Origin: Candidatus Fermentithermobacillus carboniphilus
GTDB lineage: Bacteria; Bacillota; Sulfobacillia; Fermentithermobacillales; Fermentithermobacillaceae
Assembly: GCA_018208355.1 (NCBI GenBank)
Contig: CP062796.1
Location: forward strand, 1,918,517-1,982,516
Length of the DNA: 64,000 nucleotides
Reading direction: 5' to 3'
The notes under the pieces are model-generated. The model was not told the DNA's origin and searched no databases. It worked only from the letters and a program-made list of their open reading frames with translations. The stretch's first letter is position 1, and each line of letters begins with the position of its first letter. The position numbers and the translations under genes are program-made. Positions 26,800 through 37,517 of the stretch are shown in pieces.

Positions 26800-28573
26800 T
26801 TTGCAGGTTGGGCTGCCCCAGGGGCAACGCCCGTGTCACACAGTAGATTGAATAGGCAATTAGGAAACGGTGGGGTCGCCAGTTACGCCATCTTTTAATT
26901 GGAGGTGCGCATATGAATGCAGTCGGCATTGATGTGTCAAAAGGTAGAAGCGTGGTCGCCATCCTGCGGCCCGGTGGAGAGATCGTTGCCCGCCCGTATG
27001 AGGTCAGCCATACGAGAGACGGGCTGGCGCAGTTGGCAACACGTCTGAAGGACCTGCCCGGGGAGACCAGGGTGGTCATGGAGCATACCGGGCATCACTT
27101 CGAGTCCATCGCCCGCTCCCTGCATGAAGCTGGCATCTTCGTTAGCGTTGTCAATCCGCTTTTGATCCACCAGTATGGCAACAATTCGATCCGGAACGTG
27201 AAGACCGACCGGAAAGACGCTGTCAAACTGGCGAAGTACGCCTTGGACCGCTGGGCTGAGCTGCCTGCCTACACACCTGAGGATGAGAACCGCAGGATGC
27301 TGAGGATCTACAATCGGCAGTACAACCAGTACACGAAAATCAAGGTGATGCTGAAGAACAACCTGATCGCCCTGCTAGACCAGACGTTCCCGGGCGTCAA
27401 CACCCTGTTTTCAAGTCCCGCCCGTGAGGACGGTCACGAGAAATGGGTGGATTTCGCCGCCAAGTTCTGGCACTGCCAGGAAGTGACAAAGTTGTCTGAG
27501 CGGGCCTTCAAAGAGCGTTACGCCAAGTGGTGCAAGCGGAACGGCTACTGTTACGCAGATGACGCAGCCGGGCGGATTTACTCGGCGGCACAAGGGCAGG
27601 TGGGCGTGCTGCCAGCCAATGCCGCGACTAAATGCCTGGTCACTCAAGCCATCGAGCAATTGAATGCTGTGGCAGGGACTCTAGCGGCTGTCGGCCGTGA
27701 AATGCGCCGTTTGGCCTCGCTTTTGCCTGAGGCAGCCGTCGTCGGGCAAATGTACGGCGTCGGCCCGACGCTGGGTCCCCAGCTTATCGCCGAGATAGGC
27801 GACGTGCGGCGTTTCCACAGCAAGAAGGCCTTGGTGGCCTTTGCCGGCATTGACGCCCCACCCTACCAGTCAGGGAACTTTGATGCAAAGAAACGCACGA
27901 TCTCCAAGCGCGGCTCCCCGGCCTTACGGAAAGCCCTGTTTCAGACCATCTGCGGCATTCTGAGGCTGGGCTCGCCGGATTCGGAGGTCTATCAGTATTT
28001 GGCCAAGAAACGGGCGGAGGGGAAGCACTTCTACGTCTACATCATGGCAGGAGCCAACAAATTCCTGCGCATCTACGTCGAACCGCAGGTCTTGACGGCT
28101 CAGACTATGCAGGATCTGCTCCGGGTTTTCGCCCTGCAGCAGGCGGTGAAGCGCTTCGTGTTTGAGGTACGCATTTGTTTGTGCCTGGGTGGCTACAGCT
28201 CCGGCACCTGCCAGTGCCAAAGATGTACCTGTTGCCCACTGCTGGTCTGCAGGTGGTGATGGCTACACCGACTTCGAGGTTGCTCTGGTCCACTGCGAGA
28301 ATTGAGAAAGTGGAATCAGTTGATTGTTCATGCACCACTGTTTTCCCTCCGGTTCAAGGGTTGTACGTTAGCAGTGGTACGTACTCTGGGTCAGCAGTAG
28401 CGAGATTCTAGTGGCGAAAGAGCTGGATAGTTGGTTCGATTGGGGTATATTTCTATGGCAGATTTCCTGCAGCGGGAAGAGAGGCGCGAGAAGAAATCCG
28501 GATTTCCGCTGACCCGTTATTTCTTCTCTGAGAAGGAGGCACGTTCATCACGTTTTGCTGTCATTTTGCTGTC
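26800..28573 (+). mobile_element. IS110-family insertion sequence: transposase (26913-28259) plus a ~315-bp conserved 3' non-coding region. The left boundary is not resolved. It lies immediately 3' of tRNA-Pro.
   Basis: The transposase has the IS110/IS116/IS902 N-terminal DEDD domain (MNAVGIDVSKG...) and C-terminal domain (GVGPTLGPQLIAEIGDVRRFHSKKALVAFAGIDAPPYQSGNF). The 3' ~450 bp, including the non-coding part, is duplicated at 19398-19846. Confidence 0.8.
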
Positions 28574-28633
28574 AAACCGCCAGGGTCCTACAGACATGGG
28601 CCTTAGGGCAGAGGCATTATGCTTGGGTTTTAA

Positions 28634-28710
28634 TGGTCGGGGCGAGTGGATTTGAACCACCGACCTCATGGTCCCGAACCATGCGCGCTGCCAAGCTGCG
28701 CTACGCCCCG
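28634..28710 (-). tRNA. tRNA-Pro (anticodon CGG)
   Basis: The reverse complement folds as a canonical cloverleaf: acceptor CGGGGCG/CGCCCCG, D-arm GCGC-AGCUUGGCA-GCGC, anticodon stem CAUGG/CCAUG with loop UUCGGGA, T-arm GGUGG-UUCAAAU-CCACU, discriminator A and an encoded CCA. Confidence 0.85.
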
Positions 28711-28986
28711 ACGCAAGACATTATACCACCCGGTTGTGACGGATATCAACCGAAAGTACTGCTTGCCGAAAGTGCTGCTGGCCTTGCCTTGGCTCGCCTT
28801 CCCTCGCGGCTTCATCTACTGAAACTTTACACTGCCTACTGCTCCTACCGTGAGTTCGCTAGCACCGCTGATGCGGGCAAAGACGTACATTTGCTCAATC
28901 TTCCATGGCCTGTTAGAAAACGCGCTGCCTCTGTCGCCGAATAGATACTTGCGGTTGCAGGCATCCTTCAAATGGAGGTGCGTTAA

Positions 28987-29520
28987 ATGACACATCAACT
29001 GACCCAAAAGGAAAGGATGCTGTTGAGTGACCAGTTAAGCCACGAAGAGATCTGCATCCAGAAGTACTCGGGGTACGCGGAAAAGGCAAAAGATCCTGCG
29101 GTGCGGAACATGTTCAACCAGTTTGCCCGGGAAGAGCAGAACCACTACAACATGTTGAACCAGTTCCTGGGCGGCCAAATGTCCGGGGAGCAGGGAAGTC
29201 AAGTACAGCAGGGAGGGCAGGCAGGTAAGGCAGGGAGTTTACAGGGCAGCGGGTTTACCCTGAACTTCGGTGAGTCTCAGGTTCAGGGGCGGTACGTGGC
29301 AGGAGATCAGGCAAAAGCTGATCAGCAGGATTCATCTATGCTTCAGGACATGCTTATGACGGAAAAATACGTTTCCGGGACCTACGATACAGCCATCTTT
29401 GAAACCGTCAACCCAACTATCAGACAGTCTCTTCAGCATATCCAGGAAGATGAGCAAAAGCACGGCGAAGCCATCGCCAAGTACATGAAGGAACATGGCA
29501 TGTACCAGGTTCAACAATGA
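28987..29520 (+). CDS. cotF: Spore coat protein CotF-like (two Coat_F domains)
   Basis: N-terminal Coat_F repeat (LTQKERMLLSDQLSHEEICIQKYSGYAEKAKDPAVRNMFNQFAREEQNHYNMLNQFL) and a C-terminal repeat (LMTEKYVSGTYDTAIFETVNPTIRQSLQHIQEDEQKHGEAIAKYM), separated by a Gln/Gly-rich linker. Confidence 0.75.
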   Translation: MTHQLTQKERMLLSDQLSHEEICIQKYSGYAEKAKDPAVRNMFNQFAREEQNHYNMLNQFLGGQMSGEQGSQVQQGGQAGKAGSLQGSGFTLNFGESQVQGRYVAGDQAKADQQDSSMLQDMLMTEKYVSGTYDTAIFETVNPTIRQSLQHIQEDEQKHGEAIAKYMKEHGMYQVQQ

Positions 29521-29771
29521 CCGAGTGACTTGAAACAACGGCCGAAAGGTGATGGCGGCACTCTCCCAAAGCCCTGGGCTGGCGTGTCACGATCGACACC
29601 CTGCGTCCGGGGCTTCTTTTCCTGCATAATAACCTCAGAACGGTACATCTCGATGCATGGTAGGATCGAGAGTCTTTTTCGGCGAATTATTCTTGTCGGT
29701 GAGTTCTAAAGGGTCGTCCTTGTCCGGGGTTATCGTCTGCCGACGCTTGCCATCCAATTGGAGGTTTTCCC

Positions 29772-31592
29772 ATGTCGTACCTTTCCGAGGTAGGCGGTGT
29801 TGCTCAGGAAGTGTGCGACGCCATTGCCTCCGTGCTGGGCGTCGACGTTGAAATAGTTGATGATATGCTGGTAAGGATCGCGGGAACCGGCAAGTACCGC
29901 TCTCGGGTCGGTTGGTTTCTCGGAAGCGAAGGTGTTGTATACAAGCACGTCCTGCGTACCGGCAAGGGGGCGCTCTTAGCCAATCCCGGTAAAGAAGCAA
30001 TTTGTTCTATGTGCTCGAGGGCAGGGAATTGTGAGGAAACGGCGGAACTGTCTTCCCCGATAATCGTGGATGGTAGAACGGTAGGTGTAATCGGTCTTGT
30101 TTGTTTTGACCAGGAGCAGCGAGATCGACTCCTTTCTAGGATAGACTCACATAAGGAGTTCATCGGCCACATGGCGGGGCTCTTGGCAGCAAAGGCAGTC
30201 GAATCTCACATGTGGATGGAGAAAAAACTTGCTGCCGAAATCATAATGTTGCTCTTGGACAGGATAGATGAGGCCGTCATCGCCGTTGACCATCTCGGGA
30301 AACCCATCTACCTGAACCGCCGGGCTCGGAAAACATTTGAAATTCCCAACAGTGCGTCTCCTTTAGAGGATCACCCTGAATCAAAGCCATTCCGCGCGGC
30401 CATGGCCGTCCTGAGAGACGCCTTATCTTCCGGAAAACGGTACAGCCAAAGCGAGATATTCATGGATACTGGTACCGGGGAACAAGGTTTTATGGTATCT
30501 ACGAGCGTCCTCAGTGACGGCGGGAAAAACCTGGGTGCCATAGCTTCCTTCAGGCCGGTTTCGGAACTCCACCGGTGGGCGTATGACCTCACGCACGGGA
30601 GCGCCGGAGCGGTATTCGGTGTGGACTCACTTATCGGACAAAGTCGTTCCATAGCGGAACTAAAAGAGATTGCCCTCAAAGTTGCTAAGAGTCCTTCCAC
30701 CGTCCTTATCAGGGGGGAGAGCGGGACGGGCAAGGAACTTCTGGCGAGAGCCATCCACTCGGCCAGCGACCGGAAAGATAAGCCTTTTGTGGCCGTAAAC
30801 TGTGCAGCTATACCGGATGGCCTCTTGGAAAGCGAACTTTTCGGGTACGAGGAGGGGGCGTTCACCGGCGCCAGAAAGGGCGGCAAGCCGGGGAAATTTG
30901 AGATCGCCGACGGAGGAACGTTGTTCCTCGATGAGATCGGAGACATGTCTTTGCACCTCCAATCCAAACTATTGAGGGTTCTCCAGGAGCGCCAGGTTGA
31001 GAGACTGGGCTCCAACAAGCCCAGACGTTGTGACGTCAGGATCATTGCCGCCACCAACCAGGATTTGGAACGCAAAATGCAGAACGGGGAGTTCAGAGAC
31101 GATCTCTATTTCCGGCTGAGTGTCATACCGATATACATTCCTCCGCTTCGTGAAAGGCCAGAAGATGTCGAACCGTTGGTGCGTCACTTCGTCCGAAAAT
31201 ATGCGGAAATCATGGGCAAAAAGATCGACGATGTGGAACCTTCTGCATTGGAGCTCCTTAAGTCCTATTCTTGGCCCGGGAATGTCCGGGAGCTCGAGAA
31301 CGCCATCGAATATGCGGTAAACTTTGAGACAAAGGAGATTCTTACTGTAAAGAGCCTTCCGGCAAGAATACGGAGTTGTGGGAATGCTCAGGAGAAGGGC
31401 TTTGCCTCCGGGCTGCGGATCGAGGGTCGTGTGTCAGGAATTAAGGCTGCGGAGATCGACTTGATAAGGCAGGCGCTTAAAAAATACGGGACCAGCTATG
31501 AGGGAAAAAAACGAGCCGCGAGGGAATTAGGGATAGGTATTGCCACACTGTACAGGAAGATTTCCCGCTATCGGATCGAGGTATCAAACTGA
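29772..31592 (+). CDS. Sigma-54-dependent transcriptional activator (N-terminal sensory region, AAA+ sigma-54 interaction domain, C-terminal Fis-type HTH)
   Basis: [15 protein letters not shown] (Walker A), the GAFTGA-type loop ([15 protein letters not shown]), Walker [13 protein letters not shown] and a C-terminal HTH ([16 protein letters not shown]). A GGAGG ribosome-binding site precedes the ATG. Confidence 0.85.
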   Translation: MSYLSEVGGVAQEVCDAIASVLGVDVEIVDDMLVRIAGTGKYRSRVGWFLGSEGVVYKHVLRTGKGALLANPGKEAICSMCSRAGNCEETAELSSPIIVDGRTVGVIGLVCFDQEQRDRLLSRIDSHKEFIGHMAGLLAAKAVESHMWMEKKLAAEIIMLLLDRIDEAVIAVDHLGKPIYLNRRARKTFEIPNSASPLEDHPESKPFRAAMAVLRDALSSGKRYSQSEIFMDTGTGEQGFMVSTSVLSDGGKNLGAIASFRPVSELHRWAYDLTHGSAGAVFGVDSLIGQSRSIAELKEIALKVAKSPSTVLIRGESGTGKELLARAIHSASDRKDKPFVAVNCAAIPDGLLESELFGYEEGAFTGARKGGKPGKFEIADGGTLFLDEIGDMSLHLQSKLLRVLQERQVERLGSNKPRRCDVRIIAATNQDLERKMQNGEFRDDLYFRLSVIPIYIPPLRERPEDVEPLVRHFVRKYAEIMGKKIDDVEPSALELLKSYSWPGNVRELENAIEYAVNFETKEILTVKSLPARIRSCGNAQEKGFASGLRIEGRVSGIKAAEIDLIRQALKKYGTSYEGKKRAARELGIGIATLYRKISRYRIEVSN

Positions 31593-31753
31593 TAGGTCCA
31601 TATCATTTTGAGATTAACCCGCGAGCTTCTTCCAGTGATTCAAGATTCCAATATTGCGAGCGGATGATTGGGGGCCTTTTTGCTGGCGTCCAAAGCTTTC
31701 TATCAAAGTGATAAACCGCCCTCACGCGATTCCCAGAACGCACCGTCTTCTTG

Positions 31754-31785
31754 CATGGCATATCCGGGGCATATTTCTTGCTTTT
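31754..31785 (+). promoter_or_regulatory. Candidate sigma-54 (-24/-12) promoter upstream of the YgeY-like operon
   Basis: Two overlapping GG-N10-GC matches: TGGCATATCCGGGGCA and GGGCATATTTCTTGCT (-24 GG / -12 GC with correct spacing). They lie ~120 nt upstream of the first gene and directly downstream of the sigma-54 activator gene. Confidence 0.4.
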
Positions 31786-31901
31786 GCTAGTGTTCGGAGA
31801 ATCATCGAGCAGATGGCGACGGTTTAAGCCGAGCCTTTCCTTATTAACTGGGGCTTGAAGAGTTGGGACAAGGCACTACGTCTACAAGGGAGGCCAGAAA
31901 C

Positions 31902-33092
31902 TTGATCGATGACAAGAGAGCGGACGATGTAGTGGAACTATGCCGGAAGATGATCCGGCAGCCAAGCTTATCCGGACACGAAGAAGGTATGGCGGACCTC
32001 GTGCGTGAGACCATGAATGCTTTGGGCTACGACGAGGTGAATACCGACAAGTACGGTAACGTCGTTGGGAGGATCTCCTTTAAGCGGCCCGGGAAGAGGA
32101 TATTGTTCGAAGGACACATGGATCACGTGGACGTGGGAGATCTCTCGAAATGGACGGTAGATCCGTATGGTGCCACCGTCCGGGATGGGAAGATATTCGG
32201 GCGAGGAGCCACCGACATGAAAGGGAGCCTCGCTGCCATGATCGCCGCGGGAGCTTACCTCAAGGCAGACCACTACGATGACCTCGAGGGCGAAATCCTC
32301 GTTGCTGCCTCGGTTCACGAGGAATGTTTTGAAGGCGTCGCTTCCAGGGAAATCGGGGAGCGGTACCGGCCCGATTATGTGGTCATAGGGGAGGCTTCTT
32401 CGCTCAACGTCAAGAGAGGGCAAAGGGGGAGAGCCGAGGTTGTGCTTGAAACCCACGGCAAATCGGCTCATTCGTCCAACCCCGAAGAAGGTATAAATGC
32501 GGTCAAGAAGATGATTAAACTGCTTCAGGAGATAGAAAACTCATACGTTCCCCCAAAACAGGATGTACTGGGAAAAGGCATACTGGAGCTCACCGACATT
32601 ATTTCGTCGCCGTATCCGGGAGCCAGCGTAGTGCCTGCGAGATGCAGAGTTACGTTCGACAGACGCCTTCTAGTTGGAGAAACCGAAGAAAAGGTCCTCG
32701 CAGCCATACAGGACATCATCGATAAAATCGCCGCGCAAGACCCGGAGTTCCGGGCCACGGTGAGCATTGCGATAGGGGAAGACAAGTGTTATACAGGTGA
32801 ACCCATAAGGGCCAAGAGATTTGCTCCCGGTTGGCTTTTCCCGGAAGATCACGAGTTTGTGATAAAAGCGATGAAAGGACTCAAGAAAGCCGGCCTTTCG
32901 CCGAATCTCTCCCACTACGCTTTCTGCACCAACGGCAGCTACTATGCGGGCATTGCAGGGATTCCCACCATCGGATTTGGGGCGTCGCGGGAAGAACTGG
33001 CCCACGTGGTAGACGAGTATGTCGAAATTGACCAGCTCCTGAACGCATGCAAGGGATATTACGCCATAGCCCTGGAGGTTCTCCGGAGGTAG
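31902..33092 (+). CDS. YgeY-family M20 hydrolase (ArgE/DapE-like)
   Basis: M20 ligand and dimerisation motifs, plus KRGQRGRAEVVLETHGKSAHSSNPEEGINA, which recalls the YgeY-type RGQRGR block. Start taken at the TTG at 31902 with a GGGAGG site 8 nt upstream; the track ORF starts at 31863. Confidence 0.65.
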   Translation: MIDDKRADDVVELCRKMIRQPSLSGHEEGMADLVRETMNALGYDEVNTDKYGNVVGRISFKRPGKRILFEGHMDHVDVGDLSKWTVDPYGATVRDGKIFGRGATDMKGSLAAMIAAGAYLKADHYDDLEGEILVAASVHEECFEGVASREIGERYRPDYVVIGEASSLNVKRGQRGRAEVVLETHGKSAHSSNPEEGINAVKKMIKLLQEIENSYVPPKQDVLGKGILELTDIISSPYPGASVVPARCRVTFDRRLLVGETEEKVLAAIQDIIDKIAAQDPEFRATVSIAIGEDKCYTGEPIRAKRFAPGWLFPEDHEFVIKAMKGLKKAGLSPNLSHYAFCTNGSYYAGIAGIPTIGFGASREELAHVVDEYVEIDQLLNACKGYYAIALEVLRR

Positions 33093-33098
33093 CTCTAA

Positions 33099-34352
33099 AT
33101 GAGTAAAATCTTCGAACTACAGTGCGTTTTGTGCGGAAAGCGGTACCGCGAAGGAGAGGTGGAATATACCTGCCCATCCTGCGGCATGGACGGCACCTTA
33201 GACGTGCTTTACGACTATGACGTGGCGCGCAAGGCAATCAGCAGGGAAGCGCTGGCACAGAACAGGGATTACAGCTTGTGGAGATACTGGCCCATATTAC
33301 CCGTTCACGAACGAGATCACGTACCGCCGCTGTCGGTTGGTTGGACCCCGCTGTACGAGAGCGACAGATTGGCAGCGCAGTACGGAGTGAAGCGACTTTT
33401 CATCAAAGACGACGGGCGGAATCCCACAGGTTCCTTGAAGGACCGTGCCAGTGCCATAGCAGTCGGACGGGCTCTCGATCTAGGAAGGAAGGAGGTGAGT
33501 TGTTCCTCCACGGGAAACGCTGCAAGTTCTCTTGCCGGGTTTTGTACAGTTGCTTCTCTGAGAAGCACCATTTTTGTCCCCGAATCCGCTCCCGAGGCTA
33601 AAGTCACGCAGCTTCTCGTCTACGGTGCGCGTGTGGTACTGGTCAAGGGCGACTATAACGATGCGTTCAACCTGTCAGAAAAGGCCATCGAACGTTTCGG
33701 CTGGTACAACCGGAACTGCGCCATAAACCCGTATCTAGTCGAAGGCAAGAAAACTTGCGGCCTCGAGGTGGCAGAGCAGTTAGGTTGGGAAGTTCCGGAC
33801 TATTTGTTCGTCGCCGTTGGTGATGGGTGCATCATAAGCAGTTTCTACAAGGCTTTCCATGATCTCATAAAGCTCGGTATCACCGACAGGATGCCCCGTA
33901 TCGTAGGTGTGCAAGCAGAAGGATGTAAGCCTCTTGTCGAGGCCGTTAAGAGAGGTGAGTTTCGGGTCAAGGCTTTCGAAAAAGCGGATACGATAGCGGA
34001 TTCGATCGCGGTACGTCGGCCCAGAAACTGGGCCAAGGCTCTTCGGGCCGTACGGGAAAGTCAGGGTACGATGGTTTCGGTATCTGACGGGGAGATACTC
34101 TCGGCCATCCGTGAACTTGCCTGTAATACCGGTGTGTTTGCCGAACCTGCAGGCGCAGCTTCATTTGCCGGTTTCCGAAAGATGGCTCTATCAGGTCAAC
34201 TCCGGCAAGATGAAACCGCAGTAGTGGTCGTGACGGGAAATGGACTCAAAGATATCTCAAGTGCCAGGAAAGCCGTAGGGGATCCGATAGTCAGCCCGCC
34301 GGACATCGAGGCGTTCGTGAGGATCCTGAGCCGGGTAAAAGGTTTAGCATAA
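33099..34352 (+). CDS. Threonine synthase-like fold-type-II PLP enzyme with an N-terminal C4 zinc-ribbon
   Basis: CVLCGKRY...CPSCG zinc-ribbon, then a GSLKDRA PLP-lysine motif (compare ThrC TGSFKDRG) and a glycine-rich PLP phosphate loop (VAVGDGC). Confidence 0.65.
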   Translation: MSKIFELQCVLCGKRYREGEVEYTCPSCGMDGTLDVLYDYDVARKAISREALAQNRDYSLWRYWPILPVHERDHVPPLSVGWTPLYESDRLAAQYGVKRLFIKDDGRNPTGSLKDRASAIAVGRALDLGRKEVSCSSTGNAASSLAGFCTVASLRSTIFVPESAPEAKVTQLLVYGARVVLVKGDYNDAFNLSEKAIERFGWYNRNCAINPYLVEGKKTCGLEVAEQLGWEVPDYLFVAVGDGCIISSFYKAFHDLIKLGITDRMPRIVGVQAEGCKPLVEAVKRGEFRVKAFEKADTIADSIAVRRPRNWAKALRAVRESQGTMVSVSDGEILSAIRELACNTGVFAEPAGAASFAGFRKMALSGQLRQDETAVVVVTGNGLKDISSARKAVGDPIVSPPDIEAFVRILSRVKGLA

Positions 34353-34446
34353 GCAGTCCGTCATGTTCGAGGATACGGGGAACACCGTTTCCGCGGCAAT
34401 TGGCCGGTGCTTGATCAAAGATACAAACCTTGGAGGTCTGTCTAGG

Positions 34447-35835
34447 ATGTCGAAACCGCTGGTCTGGGGACCCACTTTCGATGAAATGCTTCATCCCGAA
34501 AAGATAGACCCTGAAATCAGGAAAAAAGCTCTTGAGGCAAGGGTTAAAGACCCCCTTTCACCAATAAATCTTTTCAATATCACGTGGAAGCAAGACAATG
34601 GTTCCCCATCGTACATGGTCCTGCCGAAAGAGCTGACGGGAGTGGATGCCAACATAATCGTCCTTTACGCGAGGGACTTCCCCACCGGGTCACACAAGGT
34701 GGGCGCTACGTACTCGGTCACCCTCGAAAAGCAGCTTCTCGGGGAAATTACCCCCGGAGAAGTTTCCCTCGTCTTTCCTTCCACCGGCAACTACGGGATA
34801 GGCGGGGCATGGGTGGGACCGAGGATGGGCTACGATACCCTGGTCGTGCTTCCCGAACTCATGAGTCGTGAGCGATTCGAGATGATCGAGAGATACGGAG
34901 CAAGATACATCAAGACTCCGGGGTGCGAATCCAGCGTCAAGGAAATCTACGACAAATGCAGGGAACTTTCGAAGGATCCTTCCATAAAGATACTCAACCA
35001 GTTTCAGGAGATGGCCAATTACAGGTTCCACTATTACGTGACAGGAAACACGGTAAAAGAGGTGGTCGAAGACCTTAAGCGAAAGGGCACTGGCAACGGA
35101 CGCTGCGCCGCTTTTGTGTCGGCCATGGGTTCTGCGGGGACCATCGCGGCAGGCGACCGTTTGAAGCAAGTCTTTCCAGAAACAAAAATCGTGGGCCTGG
35201 AACCTATCCAGTGCCCGACCCTGTACTGCAACGGGTACGGAGACCACGACATCCAAGGTATCGGCGACAAGCATGTCACGTGGATCCACAACGTCCTCAA
35301 CATGGACTGCCTCATGTGCATCGACGACATGGAGTGCAAACTCGGACTACAGCTCCTTACGGACCCCGTCGGGATGGATTACCTTTCGGGAAGCGTAGGG
35401 ATCTCGCCCGGCATCGTCCAGGAGATGTCCACGATATTTGGTATCTCGGGGGTCTGCAATGTTCTCGGTGCAATCAAGACGGCCAAGTATTACAGGCTGA
35501 ATAGCAGCCACAACGTGGTCACCATCCTCACGGACACGATAGACAGGTACAGGTCTGTCATGGCCGATCTCGATCGGAAGTTCGGCAGGATGACGAAGGA
35601 GACGGCGGCACAGCGGTATTACGGGATCTTCAAGAACGTCAAGCTCGACTACGTGCAGGAGGGGACGAGAGACACAAGAGACAGGTGGTTCAACCTGAAG
35701 TATTACACCTGGGTTGAGCAGCAGGGGAAAACGGTATCGGAGTTAAACGCCCAGCGGAACCCCGACTGGTGGCTCCAAGAACAAGCGAAGGTCGCGGAGA
35801 TTGATGCCCAGCTTAAGCAGGCGAGGGGTTTTTAG
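34447..35835 (+). CDS. Fold-type-II PLP-dependent enzyme (diaminopropionate ammonia-lyase/OrtB-like) with a ~60-aa C-terminal extension
   Basis: The block GSHKVGATYS aligns with the DpaL-type PLP-lysine block (AFKMLGGAYA). Also the glycine-rich SAMGSAGT loop. Start at the ATG at 34447 with a GGAGG site. Confidence 0.55.
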   Translation: MSKPLVWGPTFDEMLHPEKIDPEIRKKALEARVKDPLSPINLFNITWKQDNGSPSYMVLPKELTGVDANIIVLYARDFPTGSHKVGATYSVTLEKQLLGEITPGEVSLVFPSTGNYGIGGAWVGPRMGYDTLVVLPELMSRERFEMIERYGARYIKTPGCESSVKEIYDKCRELSKDPSIKILNQFQEMANYRFHYYVTGNTVKEVVEDLKRKGTGNGRCAAFVSAMGSAGTIAAGDRLKQVFPETKIVGLEPIQCPTLYCNGYGDHDIQGIGDKHVTWIHNVLNMDCLMCIDDMECKLGLQLLTDPVGMDYLSGSVGISPGIVQEMSTIFGISGVCNVLGAIKTAKYYRLNSSHNVVTILTDTIDRYRSVMADLDRKFGRMTKETAAQRYYGIFKNVKLDYVQEGTRDTRDRWFNLKYYTWVEQQGKTVSELNAQRNPDWWLQEQAKVAEIDAQLKQARGF

Positions 35836-35913
35836 GATTCAATCTAAACCGAGCCCCTAGAGGAATTGCCGAAGTTTACTTCTCTGATCATCTTCGGGGA
35901 AAGGAGGATCAGT

Positions 35914-37512
35914 GTGGCAGAGTTCGACCTTATCATAAAAAACGGTATGGTGGTAGATGGTACCGGTACTCCGGGTCAGCAGGCGGACGTCGCTATCGTA
36001 GGTGACAAAATCGCGGCCATAGGGCGGTTAGAAGGCTCTGTGGCAAGAAAGACTATCGATGCGACCGGGAAGGTTGTGTGTCCCGGTTTCATAGATACCC
36101 ATAGCCATTCGGATCTCCTCGTGTTGGACCAACCGTATATCGACCCGAAGGTGCGGCAAGGAGTTACCACGGAGGTCATAGGTCAGGATGGCATGTCCCT
36201 GGCCCCCGTGCGGGATGAGTACCTGTCTGCATGGAAAAAGGCAATGGCAGGTCTGGAAGGGAGTTACGACGTTGATTGGGACTGGCGTTCGGTAAGGGAG
36301 TATCTCGATAGAATAGAGTCTATGGATTTGGGCCCCAATTTTGCCTTTCTTGCACCTCACGGAAATATCAGGTTGACAGTTATGGGGCTGGACAACAGAG
36401 AACCCACTCCCGACGAACTTGAGAAGATGCAGGACCTCCTCAGCCAATGCCTCCGTGAAGGCGCCTTTGGGCTGTCAACCGGAATGATTTATCCGCCGTG
36501 CTGCTACGCGAAGACTTATGAGTTCGTCGCTCTGGGAAAAGTGCTGGCCGATGCCGGTGCCGTCTTTGTCACGCATCAGAGAAGCGAGGCTGACGACATA
36601 CTGAATTCGGCGGATGAGATACTGAAAATCGGCCGTGAGTCTGGCTGCCGGGTCCATTTTTCCCATTTCAAGGTCGCCGGGAAGAAGAATTGGTCAAAGA
36701 TTGACCCTTTATTCGAAAAACTCGATAGGGCCCGCGCCGATGGCATGACGATCTCTTTTGACCAGTATCCCTATGTTGCTGGCAGTACCATGCTGAGTGT
36801 GATACTTCCACCGTGGGCTCACGACGGTGGGACTGATAGACTCCTTGAAAGGCTCAAGGACCCGGTGCTCCGGGAAAAGATGAAAAAAGACATCAGAGAG
36901 GGGATCCCGGGCTGGGATAATTTTGTGGACTTCGCCGGTCTCGACGGCATTTTCGTGACGTTCGTGAAAACCGAAAAGAACCAGGATGCAATAGGAAAGA
37001 ATCTCGTGGAGTTAGGCGAGATGCGTAGGAAAGAGCCCCTGGACGCCGCATTTGATCTCCTCTTGGAAGAAGAAAACGTCGTTGGGATGGTGGATTTTTA
37101 CGGGACGGAAGAACACGTGGTTAGGATCATGACTCGCCCGGAGCAGAACGTCTCGACTGACGGGATAATGGGGGCAAAACCGCATCCAAGGCTCTACGGG
37201 ACCTTCCCGCGGATTCTCGGTAAATACGTCCGCGAAGAGAAGGTCATGTCCCTCGAAACGGCAATCTACAAGATGACCGGAAAGCCTGCGTCGGTTCTGG
37301 GGCTTAAGGACCGCGGGATCTTGAAAGAGGGATTTTTCGCCGATGTAGTCATCTTTGATCCCCAGACGGTCAAAGACACAGCCGATTACGTGAACCCCAG
37401 GCAGTATCCGGTGGGGATAGAGTATGTGTTTGTCAACGGCAAGATGATCGTCGAGTGCGGTCAACCGAGACCTCAAAGAGCGGGCAAAGTCCTGAGATTC
37501 TCCGGGAGGTGA
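35914..37512 (+). CDS. N-acyl-D-amino-acid deacylase (D-aminoacylase) family amidohydrolase
   Basis: D-aminoacylase-type N-terminus (DLIIKNGMVVDGTGTPG...VAIVGDKIAAIG), metal ligands (GFIDTHSHSD) and a C-terminal amidohydrolase_3 region (IEYVFVNGKMIVECGQ). Start at the GTG at 35914, 7 nt after AAGGAGG. Confidence 0.75.
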   Translation: MAEFDLIIKNGMVVDGTGTPGQQADVAIVGDKIAAIGRLEGSVARKTIDATGKVVCPGFIDTHSHSDLLVLDQPYIDPKVRQGVTTEVIGQDGMSLAPVRDEYLSAWKKAMAGLEGSYDVDWDWRSVREYLDRIESMDLGPNFAFLAPHGNIRLTVMGLDNREPTPDELEKMQDLLSQCLREGAFGLSTGMIYPPCCYAKTYEFVALGKVLADAGAVFVTHQRSEADDILNSADEILKIGRESGCRVHFSHFKVAGKKNWSKIDPLFEKLDRARADGMTISFDQYPYVAGSTMLSVILPPWAHDGGTDRLLERLKDPVLREKMKKDIREGIPGWDNFVDFAGLDGIFVTFVKTEKNQDAIGKNLVELGEMRRKEPLDAAFDLLLEEENVVGMVDFYGTEEHVVRIMTRPEQNVSTDGIMGAKPHPRLYGTFPRILGKYVREEKVMSLETAIYKMTGKPASVLGLKDRGILKEGFFADVVIFDPQTVKDTADYVNPRQYPVGIEYVFVNGKMIVECGQPRPQRAGKVLRFSGR

Positions 37513-37517
37513 ATCCA

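Noticed and set aside
26893-28990. Shared AAT(T)GGAGGTGCG(.)TA(A)ATGA motif in front of the IS110 transposase ATG (26893-26916) and in front of cotF (28965-28990)
   Set aside because: Both are simply strong Shine-Dalgarno (GGAGGTG) start contexts. A 12-nt similarity is not enough to call an IS target or donor site.
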